From positions 495 through 64,494 of the forward strand of contig JBBRQL010000001.1 in the NCBI GenBank assembly GCA_038226425.1: a DNA stretch of 64,000 bases. Direction: 5' to 3'. Shown here piece by piece: positions 1-8,736 of the stretch. Under the pieces are notes generated by a model that was given only the letters and a program-made list of their open reading frames with translations, was not told the DNA's origin and did no database searches. Position numbers and translations under genes: made by a program. This DNA comes from Verrucomicrobiota bacterium (GTDB lineage Bacteria; Verrucomicrobiota; Verrucomicrobiia; Limisphaerales; UBA9464). Each line of letters opens with the position of its first letter. Position 1 is the first letter of the stretch.

Positions 1-2140
1 ACAGGCTCGGCTCGGTGGCGGCGCGGGCGATCATCTTGTCCAACGCGTCGCCGGCCGGGATGCGGTGGCGGGCGAGCTCGCGGCCGATGTGCGCGGCTTC
101 CTTGCTGTCGGCCTTGTCGAGCGCGGTCTTGAGCGCGGCGGCGATCTTGGGCGTCTCGCTCCAGGCCTCGGGCTGGTAGTAAGGCCCGCGGGTGTCGGGA
201 CGCGTGCCCCACGAATCGCCTTTCCACTGACCATCGACGAAGTGCAGCCGGCACAGCGCGGTGAGCAGGCCGGCGCGGCGTTCGGGGTCGGTCTCGCGGT
301 CGAGGCGCGCGAGCAACCCGGCCACCGCCGCGGGCTCATGCAAGTTCTGGAGCACGCGCAGCGCACCGGCCCGGAGAGCCTGCGACGCATCGGTGTCGTC
401 CACCGTCTTGAGGCAGACGTCGACCGCTTTGAGCCGGATGAGCGACTGGACGGCGGTGTGGGCGACGATGGGATCCGCGTCGGCCAGGAGCGGCACGATG
501 GCGGCCGCGGACATGGCATCGCCGCCGCGGGCCAAGGCGACGGCCGCTTCCTTGCGCGTGCGCGGATCGGACGACTTGAGCGCCGGGAGGATTGCGCGGA
601 CGGGTTCCGCCCCGAGCGGCCGAGCGTTGTCGGCCAGCGCGCGGATCGCCCACGGCGCGATGGTGGGATCGCCGGCCAAGCGGACCAGTTCTGTCTCCGC
701 TTCGGACCTCGGACGCTGGGCCAATGCGAAGACCGCCGCGACGCGGGTGGCGAGCGGCTTCGCGGTGTCCGCGGCCAAGGCGGTGAGCGGCCGGAGAAGA
801 CCAGCGCCGGCCGGCGTCGTCCCGCGTCGGACTGCCGTGCGCTGCGCTTCGAGGCGGCGCCGATGGCTGGGCGATTCCAGCTGCTTCACCAAAGCCGCGT
901 CGCCGAGTTTGTCGAAGACCGGCATCGGCTCGGGCTTGAAGCCCTTCGGCGTCGCGCGCACGAGGAAGCCGGCCTCGGGTCCGACCCATGTGAAGGTCGC
1001 GCCTTTCCAGCTCGCGGCGTAGATGGCGCTGTCGCCGTCCACATCGAGGTCGGTCACGCGCGGCAGGCGCATGAACTCCTCCTGCGTGGCGGCGAAGGTC
1101 GCGCCCTTGGCCGTGAGGCCGTGGTGGTAGATCCAGTCGCGTCCCCAATCGCAGGTGAACGGCGCGTTGTTCCAGCGCGCCGGGATGCCCGGCTCGTCGA
1201 TCCAGGCGGCGCCGCAGCCGGAGCCTCCGCCGTAGTCGGCGAGTGGTTCGACGAACTCGCCGGCGAAGTTCTTGAACAGGCGCGGATACCCGTGCTCGGT
1301 CGCGCCGCTGAAATGATGGAAGCGCACGTCCCAGCCGCCGCCGTCGTTGGTGTTGTCGCGCGCGAAGACATCGAGCAGCGGGCTGACCGCGGCCTCGAGG
1401 ATGTTGCGGGTGCCGTTGGCGAAGAGCTCGAGGCCGGAGCCGTCGGGACGGAAGCGCACCACGCCTCCGCCGCGCAGCTGCAGCTTCCGCCCGTCCGTGC
1501 CGGTCGCCTCCATGAAGCCGAAATCCCCGATGGCCGCGTAGAGCCAGCCGTCGATGCCGAGCTCGAGGCCGTTGGAGGAATGGTCGGCCGGACGGTCCTT
1601 GAAGCCGAAGGCGATGCCTTTCACGAGGGTCTTCTCCTCGTCCACCACACCGTCGCCGTCCTTGTCGATGTAGACGCTGATGTCGGGCGGATGGAGCAGA
1701 TAGAGGCGGTCGTGGTCCCAGACGAGGCCGCGGGGCGAATCGACGTCGGGCACGAAGGCCTTCACCTCGTCGGCCTTGCCGTCGCCGTCGGTGTCGCGCA
1801 CGCGGAGCACGCGGCCGAGATGCGGTTTGCGGTCGAGTGATCCGTTGCCGTCGCTCGACACGTAGACCGTGCCGCTGGTCGAGGCGGAGACGAAGACGGG
1901 ATAATTCACCGCGGGCGGCGTGGCGAAGATGGTCACGTCGAACTCCGGCGGGAACTTCACGTCCTTGATGAGCTCGGCGGCCTTCTCCGGGACGACCGCG
2001 GGGAGCTTGGCGAGCTCTTCGGGCGTGGGTTGGCGGTCCTTCGCGGTGAAGGTCTGCGCCGTCACCGTCGCGGCGGCGCTGAGCGCCAAGGCGAGCTGGC
2101 AGACGGTCCGGCGGGAGAGGAAGCGCGGGAACGGGGACAT
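1..2140 (-). CDS. PVC-type membrane-bound-dehydrogenase-like domain protein with HEAT repeats (N-terminal 713 codons; 3' end outside window)
   Basis: Absent from the ORF track because it has no stop inside the window. Hand translation of the minus strand from ATG at 2140..2138 gives MSPFPRFLSRRTVCQLALALSAAATVTAQ (signal peptide), then FATPPAVNYPVFVSASTSGTVYVSSDGNG, DTDGDGKADE, DKDGDGVVDE and NGLELGIDGWLYAAIGDFG. The later part has HEAT-like repeats (DPRTRKEAAVALARGGD, DADPIVAHTAVQSLIRL). I checked the frame as open at both ends of the segment; it runs off at position 2. Confidence 0.8.
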   Translation of the reverse strand, partial: MSPFPRFLSRRTVCQLALALSAAATVTAQTFTAKDRQPTPEELAKLPAVVPEKAAELIKDVKFPPEFDVTIFATPPAVNYPVFVSASTSGTVYVSSDGNGSLDRKPHLGRVLRVRDTDGDGKADEVKAFVPDVDSPRGLVWDHDRLYLLHPPDISVYIDKDGDGVVDEEKTLVKGIAFGFKDRPADHSSNGLELGIDGWLYAAIGDFGFMEATGTDGRKLQLRGGGVVRFRPDGSGLELFANGTRNILEAAVSPLLDVFARDNTNDGGGWDVRFHHFSGATEHGYPRLFKNFAGEFVEPLADYGGGSGCGAAWIDEPGIPARWNNAPFTCDWGRDWIYHHGLTAKGATFAATQEEFMRLPRVTDLDVDGDSAIYAASWKGATFTWVGPEAGFLVRATPKGFKPEPMPVFDKLGDAALVKQLESPSHRRRLEAQRTAVRRGTTPAGAGLLRPLTALAADTAKPLATRVAAVFALAQRPRSEAETELVRLAGDPTIAPWAIRALADNARPLGAEPVRAILPALKSSDPRTRKEAAVALARGGDAMSAAAIVPLLADADPIVAHTAVQSLIRLKAVDVCLKTVDDTDASQALRAGALRVLQNLHEPAAVAGLLARLDRETDPERRAGLLTALCRLHFVDGQWKGDSWGTRPDTRGPYYQPEAWSETPKIAAALKTALDKADSKEAAHIGRELARHRIPAGDALDKMIARAATEPSL

Positions 2141-2254
2141 GGGGGCGGCTTTCTCTCAGTTGCCGGAGGAAAACTCAAACAGGACTTCCGGCCCGACCCT
2201 CCGCGCGATCGTCCGGTCCTTCCATTCCCGTGAGGTCCCTGAGAGGCTCGGCGC

Positions 2255-3223
2255 ATGGATGACGGTTGGGAATCGGTCGGATGCGCCGCGTGCGGTCGGC
2301 GGGAATCGACGCCGGTGGTGGTCGTGCCGATGGCTGACGCGCCGGGCGGACGTTCGGCGGTCGTCCAGTGCTCCGGCTGCGGGTTGCGCCGGCTCGATCC
2401 GCGCCCGGGCGGGGCGATCATCGGACGCTACTACGCCGCGGCCGGCGGACAGGGCTACAACGCCTACGCCGGACGCCGGCGCAGCCCCTTGAAGCAGGCC
2501 GTCTGGGACGCTCTTCGTGACGGCTATTCGCGTCCTGCCGGACAAGCGTGGTGGAGCCGCCTGCTCAGCCCGCTGACCGGGGCCGTCGCCTCCTGGGCAT
2601 TCGACATCAACGTGCGCCTGGACCGGGCCGAAGGGCTTCGCGTGCTCGAGGTCGGCGCCGGGTTCGGCGACCTGCTGATCTATCTCCGGCAACGCGGTTG
2701 CGAGGTGCTCGGCACCGACCTGAGCGAATCGGGCGCGGCGATGGCGAAGGCTTCCGGCATCGAGGTCCGGCTCGGGCATCTGGCCGAGCTGAACTTGCCG
2801 GCCGGCGGCTTCGATATCGCGGTGATGTGCCACAGCCTGGAGCACGTCGCCGATCCCGGCGTCGAACTCGCCGAACTGGCGCGGCTGCTCCGGCCCGGCG
2901 GACGGTTGCACATCGCCGTGCCCAACGGCCGCGCGGTGCGCCTGGAGCACGACGGCACGCAGTGGATCCATCTGTCGGCGCCGCTACACCTTTGGTTCTA
3001 CGATGCGGCCACGCTCACGCGGCTGTTGGAGCTCCATGGCTTCCGCACGGTGGTCGGTCCGCGGACCACGACCATGCACCACGCGATGAACGCCTGGAGG
3101 TTCTACTTCTTCCGGCAGGGTCCGGTGGCGGCCACGCGGACGCTCCTCCGGTTCTTCCGCGGATCGATGCGCCGTCCCGACGGCGGCGATATCCTCCGCG
3201 TCGTGGCGGAGAAGGTCGGTTGA
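2255..3223 (+). CDS. class I SAM-dependent methyltransferase with N-terminal Cys4 zinc-ribbon-like motif
   Basis: 322-aa track ORF. It has CAACG...CSGCG, then VLEVGAGFGDL (SAM motif I) and DIAVMCHSLEHVADP...LLRPGGRL (Methyltransf_11/23-like). Confidence 0.85.
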   Translation: MDDGWESVGCAACGRRESTPVVVVPMADAPGGRSAVVQCSGCGLRRLDPRPGGAIIGRYYAAAGGQGYNAYAGRRRSPLKQAVWDALRDGYSRPAGQAWWSRLLSPLTGAVASWAFDINVRLDRAEGLRVLEVGAGFGDLLIYLRQRGCEVLGTDLSESGAAMAKASGIEVRLGHLAELNLPAGGFDIAVMCHSLEHVADPGVELAELARLLRPGGRLHIAVPNGRAVRLEHDGTQWIHLSAPLHLWFYDAATLTRLLELHGFRTVVGPRTTTMHHAMNAWRFYFFRQGPVAATRTLLRFFRGSMRRPDGGDILRVVAEKVG

Positions 3224-3360
3224 GCGCCCGAGGTCAATCGACACCGAAGTCTTGGACGAACCTCCCATCCTCTCGGTAATCCTCCGGCCTCAAACCCAAG
3301 TGTCCTATAGTGGGCCTCCGGACATGCTCGGCGATTTCGGCGCGTCCGTGGTGTCTCCGC

Positions 3361-3591
3361 TCAATCCTGAGCGATCGCCGCTGATCCCCCGGGCACGAAC
3401 GAGCCGGACACTTGTGCGGTCAGGGGGGCTCGAAGTTGGTCCTCTGAGAAGAACAGGTCGGCGTCCTGTGCTTCCATGAGCCATTCGATGATGTCTCGCG
3501 GGCGCCGCCACGTTCCCGCGGTCGGATCGGAGGCCTCCACTCCGAAGGTCTCTTCGATAGCCATCACGAGTTCGATCGCGTCGAGTCCCAT
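3361..3591 (-). CDS. small hypothetical protein resembling helices II-IV of an acyl carrier protein (Ala at the Ser attachment position)
   Basis: These are the last 76 codons of the 696-aa minus-strand track ORF, starting at ATG 3591. The sequence is MGLDAIELVMAIEETFGVEASDPTAG...PRDIIEWL, which follows the ACP pattern GxDS-LxxVELVMxxEExFGIEIPD....VGDLxxYI. It occupies an otherwise empty intergenic gap. The upstream remainder of the track ORF is antisense to the peptidase gene. Confidence 0.3.
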   Translation of the reverse strand: MGLDAIELVMAIEETFGVEASDPTAGTWRRPRDIIEWLMEAQDADLFFSEDQLRAPLTAQVSGSFVPGGSAAIAQD

Positions 3592-3594
3592 GGA

Positions 3595-5565
3595 ATGTTC
3601 CTGCCTTCGGCCGGCGTTTGGGTCAACTTTTCCGCCGTGAGAATCCTGCTGCTGCTCTGCCTCACCGTCCTTCCGACCGCCTTCGCCGCCGATTGGCGAC
3701 CGTTGTTCGACGGCAAGTCCTTGGCCGGTTGGACCCCGACGAAGTTCGCCGGTGCCGGCGACATCGAGGTGGTCGACGGCACGATGGTGCTCAACCAAGG
3801 CCTGCTCACCGGCGTGAGCTACACCAACGCGACGCCGACCGTGGATTACGAGGTCGAGCTCGAGGCGCGGCGGACGCAGGGCATCGACTTCTTCTGCGGG
3901 CTCACCTTCCCGGTGAAGGATTCCTTCGCGACCCTCGTGGTCGGCGGTTGGGGCGGCGCGGTCGTGGGCATCTCCAGCCTCGACGGCGACGACGCGGCGC
4001 ACAACTCGACGACCAGCTACCACCGCTTCAAGAACGGCCAATGGTACCGCATCCGCCTCGCGGTCACGGCGACGAACCTGAGCGCTTGGCTCGACGGCGA
4101 GCAGGTCGTGAACGCCGACATCCGCGGCAAGACCGTGGCGCTGCGGGCCGGCGAGATCGAGGAGAGCAAGCCCTTCGGCATCGCCAGCTGGAGCACCACC
4201 TCGGAACTGCGCGGCATCCGGCTGAGGAGACTCGGGGCGGCCGCCGAAGCTCCCGCCAAGACCGTCGCGTTGCCGGCGACATTGGTGGCATCGCTCGACC
4301 GCTTGGTCGCTGCGGCCACCAACTCGGACTTCGCCCATCGGCGTCTCGCGGAGATGTGCGACACCTTCGGGGCCCGCTTCACCGGCTCGACCCAGCTCGA
4401 AGCGGCGATCGACTGGGTGCTGGGCCAGATGAAGGCGGATGGACTGGACCAAGTGCGCGGCGAGCCGGTCATGGTCCCGCGCTGGATCCGCGGCGAGGAG
4501 TCCGCGGAGTTGCTGGAGCCGCGCCGCGAAGCGCTGCCGATGCTCGGGCTGGGCGGGAGCATCGCGACGCCGCGCGGCGGGCTGACGGCGCGCGTGCTGG
4601 TGGTGACGAACTTCACGGAGCTGAGCAACCGCGTCGCCGAGGCGAAGGGCCGGATCGTGGTGTTCGACGCCCCGTTCACCGACTACGGCGAGACCGTGCG
4701 GTTCCGCTGGGCCGGGGCGAGCGAGGCGGCAAAAGCGGGCGCGGTGGCCAGCATCGTCCGCAGCGTGACACCGTTCTCGCTGCGCACGCCGCACACCGGC
4801 GCGATGTCCTATGCCACGAACGCCCCGAAGATCCCGCACGCCGCGTTGGCCTCGGAGGACGTCGCCCGGCTCTCTCGTTGGCAGGCGCGCGGGATCGCGC
4901 CGGTCGTCCGCCTCCGCATGGCGGCGAAGACGCTGGCGGCGGGACCGTCGCGCAACGTGGTCGCCGAGCTGCGCGGACGCGAGAAGCCGGACGAGGTCGT
5001 GGTCATCGGCGGGCACATCGATTCGTGGGACGTGGGGCAGGGCGCCCAGGATGACGGCGGCGGATGCTTGGCGGCGTGGGAGGCCTTGCGCCTGATGAAG
5101 GAGCTCGGGCTCCGGCCGCGGCGGACCGTGCGCGTGGTGCTGTGGACGAACGAGGAGACCGGCGGCGCGGGCGCGAAGGCCTACCGGACCGCCCACCTCG
5201 GCGAGCTCAAGGACCACATCGCGGCCATCGAGGCCGACAGCGGCACGTTCGCGCCGGAAGGATTCGCCTTCACCGGCAGCACCAAGGCCGGCGAGGTCAT
5301 CCGGTCGATCGGCGGGTTCCTCGGTTCGCGGCTCGGCGCCGGAAAAGTGACGAACGGAGCGGGCGAGGCGGACATCGCGCCGTTGCTGGAGCACGGCGTG
5401 CCGAACCTCGGCCTGCGCGTCGATCGGGAGCGGTACTTCTGGTACCACCACACGGCGGCCGACACGGTGGACAAGGTGGCGCCGCGCGACCTGGCCCGCT
5501 GCACCGCCGCGATGGCGGTGATGGCCTACGCCTTGGCCGAGATGGAGGAGCCGCTCCCGCGGTGA
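3595..5565 (+). CDS. secreted DUF1080 (3-keto-disaccharide hydrolase-like) domain fused to M28 peptidase (carboxypeptidase Q-like)
   Basis: Signal-like VRILLLLCLTVLPTAFAADW. DUF1080 pattern WRPLFDGKSLAGWTP...VVDGTMVL. M28/CPQ motifs GGHIDSWDVGQGAQDDGGG, VLWTNEETGG, YFWYHHTAADTVDKV. The start may be slightly downstream, for example the GTG at VRILLL. Confidence 0.85.
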   Translation: MFLPSAGVWVNFSAVRILLLLCLTVLPTAFAADWRPLFDGKSLAGWTPTKFAGAGDIEVVDGTMVLNQGLLTGVSYTNATPTVDYEVELEARRTQGIDFFCGLTFPVKDSFATLVVGGWGGAVVGISSLDGDDAAHNSTTSYHRFKNGQWYRIRLAVTATNLSAWLDGEQVVNADIRGKTVALRAGEIEESKPFGIASWSTTSELRGIRLRRLGAAAEAPAKTVALPATLVASLDRLVAAATNSDFAHRRLAEMCDTFGARFTGSTQLEAAIDWVLGQMKADGLDQVRGEPVMVPRWIRGEESAELLEPRREALPMLGLGGSIATPRGGLTARVLVVTNFTELSNRVAEAKGRIVVFDAPFTDYGETVRFRWAGASEAAKAGAVASIVRSVTPFSLRTPHTGAMSYATNAPKIPHAALASEDVARLSRWQARGIAPVVRLRMAAKTLAAGPSRNVVAELRGREKPDEVVVIGGHIDSWDVGQGAQDDGGGCLAAWEALRLMKELGLRPRRTVRVVLWTNEETGGAGAKAYRTAHLGELKDHIAAIEADSGTFAPEGFAFTGSTKAGEVIRSIGGFLGSRLGAGKVTNGAGEADIAPLLEHGVPNLGLRVDRERYFWYHHTAADTVDKVAPRDLARCTAAMAVMAYALAEMEEPLPR

Positions 5566-5735
5566 AGCGGCCGGTCGCTAATCCTACCCGGGCTTCACTT
5601 AAGCTACTTTGATCGGCCCGGTCGCTTGACGCCCCCTAACCCCCCGGTAAGCTGCTTGACGAACGAACCGCCGCGTGTCCCGCCGATGTCATCGGTGTCG
5701 GCACGCGGCAAATTTTCGCAGCAAAGGCACATTTA

Positions 5736-7547
5736 ATGAGCGCAGTAGCAGACGCCCCGGCACCGGCCGGTGGCCAATCCAGATTCACCAAGATCAACGA
5801 GGCGGTCATCCGCATCGCAGGCAACTCGCAGGACGGCATCCAGGCCATCGGCGGTTTCTTGGCCCGGCTCGCGGGCCGGAGCGAGCAGGAGGTCATGACC
5901 TTCATGACCATCCCGTCCACGATCTCGGGCGGGCCGTCGATCTTCCAGGTCCGCATCGGATCCGGCGAGGTGCTCTCGGCCGGCGACGAGGCCGACCTGC
6001 TCCTGTGCTTCTACCAGCACAGCTACGAGGACCACATCAAGTCGCTCAAGCTCGGCGGCATCGTGCTCTACGACGCGGACCACGTGACGCCCAAGGCCGA
6101 GTGGCAGGAAAGCTACCGCCATGTCGGCGTGAACATCTCCGGCCTCACCGTCGAGGCCATCGGTGGAACCGGCCGCGACAAGGGCAAGAACATCTACGCC
6201 CTCGGCCTTCTGGCCAAGATCTACGACCTCGACATCACCAAGCTGAAGCGCCTTTTCAGCGAGCGCTTCGGCGGCAAGGACGCGTCGATCCTCGACAACG
6301 CCAACGCCTGCTTCGATTCCGGCTACAACCACAGCCTCGAGAACCTGCTCAAGAGCTACCAGTTCTATCCCGGCGCGGACAAAGGCGGCCAGCAGGTGGT
6401 GATGAACGGCAACGAGGCCCTTGCCTACGGCCTCATCGCCGCGGGCGTGCGGTTCGGCGCCGGCTATCCGATCACCCCGTGGTCCGACATCATGGAGCTG
6501 CTCCGCAAGGAGCTCCCGAAGTACGGCGGCAGCTTCATCCAGTGCGAGGACGAGATCGCCTCCGTCTCCATGGCGCTCGGCGCCAGCTGGGGCGGACGCG
6601 TGGCGGTGACCGGATCGTCCGGCCCGGGCATCTCGCTGAAGACCGAGGCGATCGGCTGGGCGTCGATGGCGGAGATGCCGTTGATCGTCGTGGACGTGCA
6701 GCGCGGCGGCCCGTCCACGGGCATGCCGACCAACGTCGAGCAATCCGACCTCAACATCGCGACCTTCGGCGGCCACGGCGACAGCCCGCGCGTCGTGCTC
6801 GCGCCGAGCGGCGTCGAGGACTGCTTCTACACCGCGATCGAGGCGGTGAACATCGCGCGCAAGTACAGCACGCCGGTCTTCATCCTCACCGACCAGGGCA
6901 TCGCCACGCGCATCGAGGCGTTCCCCGAGCCGAAGCTCGAGCAGGTCTGCCAGGACATCTCCCCCGATCTGACGCCGGTCGCCGACCACAAGCCCTACGA
7001 CCTGAGCGCTCCGGACGGCCTCACCCGCCATCTTGCGCCCGGCACCCGCGTCGCGAGCGGCAAGTATCCGGTCGTGACCGGTCTCGAGCACGACGAGCTC
7101 GGGCATCCGACCGGTTCGCCCAAGGTGCATCTCGCGATGATCGCCAAGCGCCGCAACAAGCTGCGCAAGCTCGCTTGGGAACTCCCGTTGCCCAAGGTCT
7201 ACGGGCCCGATGAGGGCCAGATCCTGCTTGTCGGATGGGGCAGCTCCGAGGGCCCGATGCGTGAGGCCGTGGACCGCGCCCGTGCGGTCGGCGACGCCAT
7301 CTCGGCGATCAACCTCAAGCACATCAACCCGCTGCCGAACGGCTTGGAGAAGATCTTCAAGGGCTTCAACCACGTGTTCGTGGTCGAGCTGAACGACGAG
7401 GGCCTCTATGGCTACGGTCAGCTCGGGGCCGTGCTCCGTGCCCGCTATGCGGACCCGAAGATCCAAGGCATCAACAAGGTCGACGGCCTCACCTGGAAGG
7501 TGAAGGAGATCCTCGACCGCGCCCGCTCGCTCGCCAGCCCCAAGTGA
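5736..7547 (+). CDS. korA: 2-oxoglutarate:ferredoxin oxidoreductase subunit alpha (fused gamma-alpha type)
   Basis: 603-aa ORF with MNGNEALAYGLIAAGVRFGAGYPITPWSDI, CEDEIASVSMALGASWGGRVAVTGSSGPGISL and VDVQRGGPSTGMPT. The adjacent gene encodes the beta subunit. Confidence 0.92.
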   Translation: MSAVADAPAPAGGQSRFTKINEAVIRIAGNSQDGIQAIGGFLARLAGRSEQEVMTFMTIPSTISGGPSIFQVRIGSGEVLSAGDEADLLLCFYQHSYEDHIKSLKLGGIVLYDADHVTPKAEWQESYRHVGVNISGLTVEAIGGTGRDKGKNIYALGLLAKIYDLDITKLKRLFSERFGGKDASILDNANACFDSGYNHSLENLLKSYQFYPGADKGGQQVVMNGNEALAYGLIAAGVRFGAGYPITPWSDIMELLRKELPKYGGSFIQCEDEIASVSMALGASWGGRVAVTGSSGPGISLKTEAIGWASMAEMPLIVVDVQRGGPSTGMPTNVEQSDLNIATFGGHGDSPRVVLAPSGVEDCFYTAIEAVNIARKYSTPVFILTDQGIATRIEAFPEPKLEQVCQDISPDLTPVADHKPYDLSAPDGLTRHLAPGTRVASGKYPVVTGLEHDELGHPTGSPKVHLAMIAKRRNKLRKLAWELPLPKVYGPDEGQILLVGWGSSEGPMREAVDRARAVGDAISAINLKHINPLPNGLEKIFKGFNHVFVVELNDEGLYGYGQLGAVLRARYADPKIQGINKVDGLTWKVKEILDRARSLASPK

Positions 7548-7581
7548 ACCGGGACCGAACCTGACCGCGTTTTATCCAGAC

Positions 7582-8538
7582 ATGAGCACGCTCGCTTTCC
7601 CTCTCGTCTCCCTGCCCCGCACGGGCAGCCTCGACCTCACGCCGGTCGCGCCGCTCCTCGACGCCGACCGCAAGCCGCTGACCAAGAAAGAGATCTCCGC
7701 CGACCATCCGACATGGTGTCCCGGCTGCGGCGATTTCTCGGTCCTCGCGCTCTACTTCAAGCTCATCGAACGCCGCAAGCTGTGGCACGAGAAGGTGACC
7801 ACCGTCGCCGGCATCGGCTGCTCCAGCCGGTTCCCGTATTTCGTGCAGGGCCACGGCGCCCACTTCATCCACGGCCGTGCGCTGCCGTATGCCAGCGGCG
7901 TGAGCATCAGCCGGCCCGACCTGCATGTGTTCGTGTTCGGCGGCGACGGCGACGCCTTCTCGATCGGTGGCAACCACTTCACCCACACCGCCCGCAAGAA
8001 CATCAAGCTCACCTACGTGGTGATGGACAACCAGGTCTACGGCCTCACCAAGAACCAGACCTCGCCCACCTCGCCGCTCGGCTACAAGTCGAAGACCGAC
8101 ATCTGGGGCAGCTCGGACCGGCCGGTCAACCCCGTGAAGCAGGCGATCTGCGCCGGCGCGACCTTCGTGGCCCGTGCCTCGGCGATGAACCCCAACCATC
8201 TGCTCGCCACCATGGAGGCGGCGATGGACCACGACGGGTTCAGCTTCATCCAGTGCCTCAGCGAGTGCGTCGAGTTCTTCCCCGGTGCCTTCGACAAGGC
8301 CATCCCGCGCAAGGGCGGCGTGTTCAACGAGGTCCCGAAAGAGCACGACGTCACCGACGAGTACGCGGCCTACAAGCTCGCGGACGAGGCGTGGCCTGGT
8401 AATTTCGGCATCTTCTATAAAGCCGATCGCCCGACCAAGAACGCCAACGAGGCCAAGATCATCGCCGACCACAAGGCGAAGGTCCAAGGCATGGCCGACT
8501 GGCAGATCCTCCAGAAGAACTTCGACCGCATGAAGTGA
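7582..8538 (+). CDS. korB: 2-oxoglutarate:ferredoxin oxidoreductase subunit beta (TPP-binding)
   Basis: HPTWCPGCGDFSVL, GIGCSSRFPYF and FGGDGDAFSIGGNHFTHTARKNIKLTYVVMDNQVYGLTKNQTSPTS (TPP-binding motif). Confidence 0.92.
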   Translation: MSTLAFPLVSLPRTGSLDLTPVAPLLDADRKPLTKKEISADHPTWCPGCGDFSVLALYFKLIERRKLWHEKVTTVAGIGCSSRFPYFVQGHGAHFIHGRALPYASGVSISRPDLHVFVFGGDGDAFSIGGNHFTHTARKNIKLTYVVMDNQVYGLTKNQTSPTSPLGYKSKTDIWGSSDRPVNPVKQAICAGATFVARASAMNPNHLLATMEAAMDHDGFSFIQCLSECVEFFPGAFDKAIPRKGGVFNEVPKEHDVTDEYAAYKLADEAWPGNFGIFYKADRPTKNANEAKIIADHKAKVQGMADWQILQKNFDRMK

Positions 8539-8558
8539 TCCGATATCGGATCCGACCG

Positions 8559-8593
8559 GGCCCCGGCGATTCCTGCCGGGGCCTTTTTGTTTT
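8559..8593 (+). terminator. rho-independent terminator after korB
   Basis: Perfect 9-bp stem ggccccggc (8559-8567) / gccggggcc (8575-8583) with a 7-nt loop, followed by tttttgtttt (8584-8593). It lies 21 nt after the korB stop. Confidence 0.7.
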
Positions 8594-8603
8594 CGCGGAC
8601 GAC

Positions 8604-8716
8604 GAAAGATCCCACGCAAAGCCGCAAAGGCGCGGAGAGGAGATCGGGGCCGGTAAGGCCTGCGCGCGGGCGACTTGCCGTGTTCTTTGCGGCTTCGCGC
8701 CCTTGCGTGGGATCTT
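8604..8716. repeat. long imperfect inverted repeat (REP-like) between convergent korB and symporter genes
   Basis: The left arm aagatcccacgcaaagccgcaaag (8604-8627) pairs with the right arm ctttgcggctt[cgcgccc]ttgcgtgggatctt (8685-8716). The right arm carries a 7-nt insertion and the spacer is about 57 nt. Confidence 0.5.
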
Positions 8717-8736
8717 GTCCGAGCCGCGCCTCACGT

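Noticed and set aside
65-1840. 591-aa plus-strand ORF, and nested ORFs at 261..1022, 336..1148 and others
   Set aside because: The translation is Arg/Gly/Ala-rich with no recognisable motif. It lies exactly antisense to a motif-rich minus-strand frame (1..2140). This is a typical high-GC shadow ORF.
3592-5451. Upstream 620 codons of the 696-aa minus-strand ORF
   Set aside because: It is antisense to the DUF1080-M28 peptidase gene, which has unambiguous catalytic motifs. Only the terminal 76 codons, which lie in an intergenic gap, were kept, and those at low confidence.
5626-5653. Sigma70-like promoter TTGACG-N16-TAAGCT upstream of korA
   Set aside because: The hexamer match is plausible, but it is unsupported by anything else. 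Promoter consensus in this phylum is uncertain, and a second TTGACG at 5656 has no -10 partner. It was not listed as a feature.
5733-8619. Minus-strand ORFs 5733..7466 (577 aa) and 7489..8619 (376 aa), plus-strand 5675..7213 (512 aa)
   Set aside because: They are antisense or alternate-frame shadows of korA and korB. They have no motifs and an extreme Arg/Gly/Asp composition.
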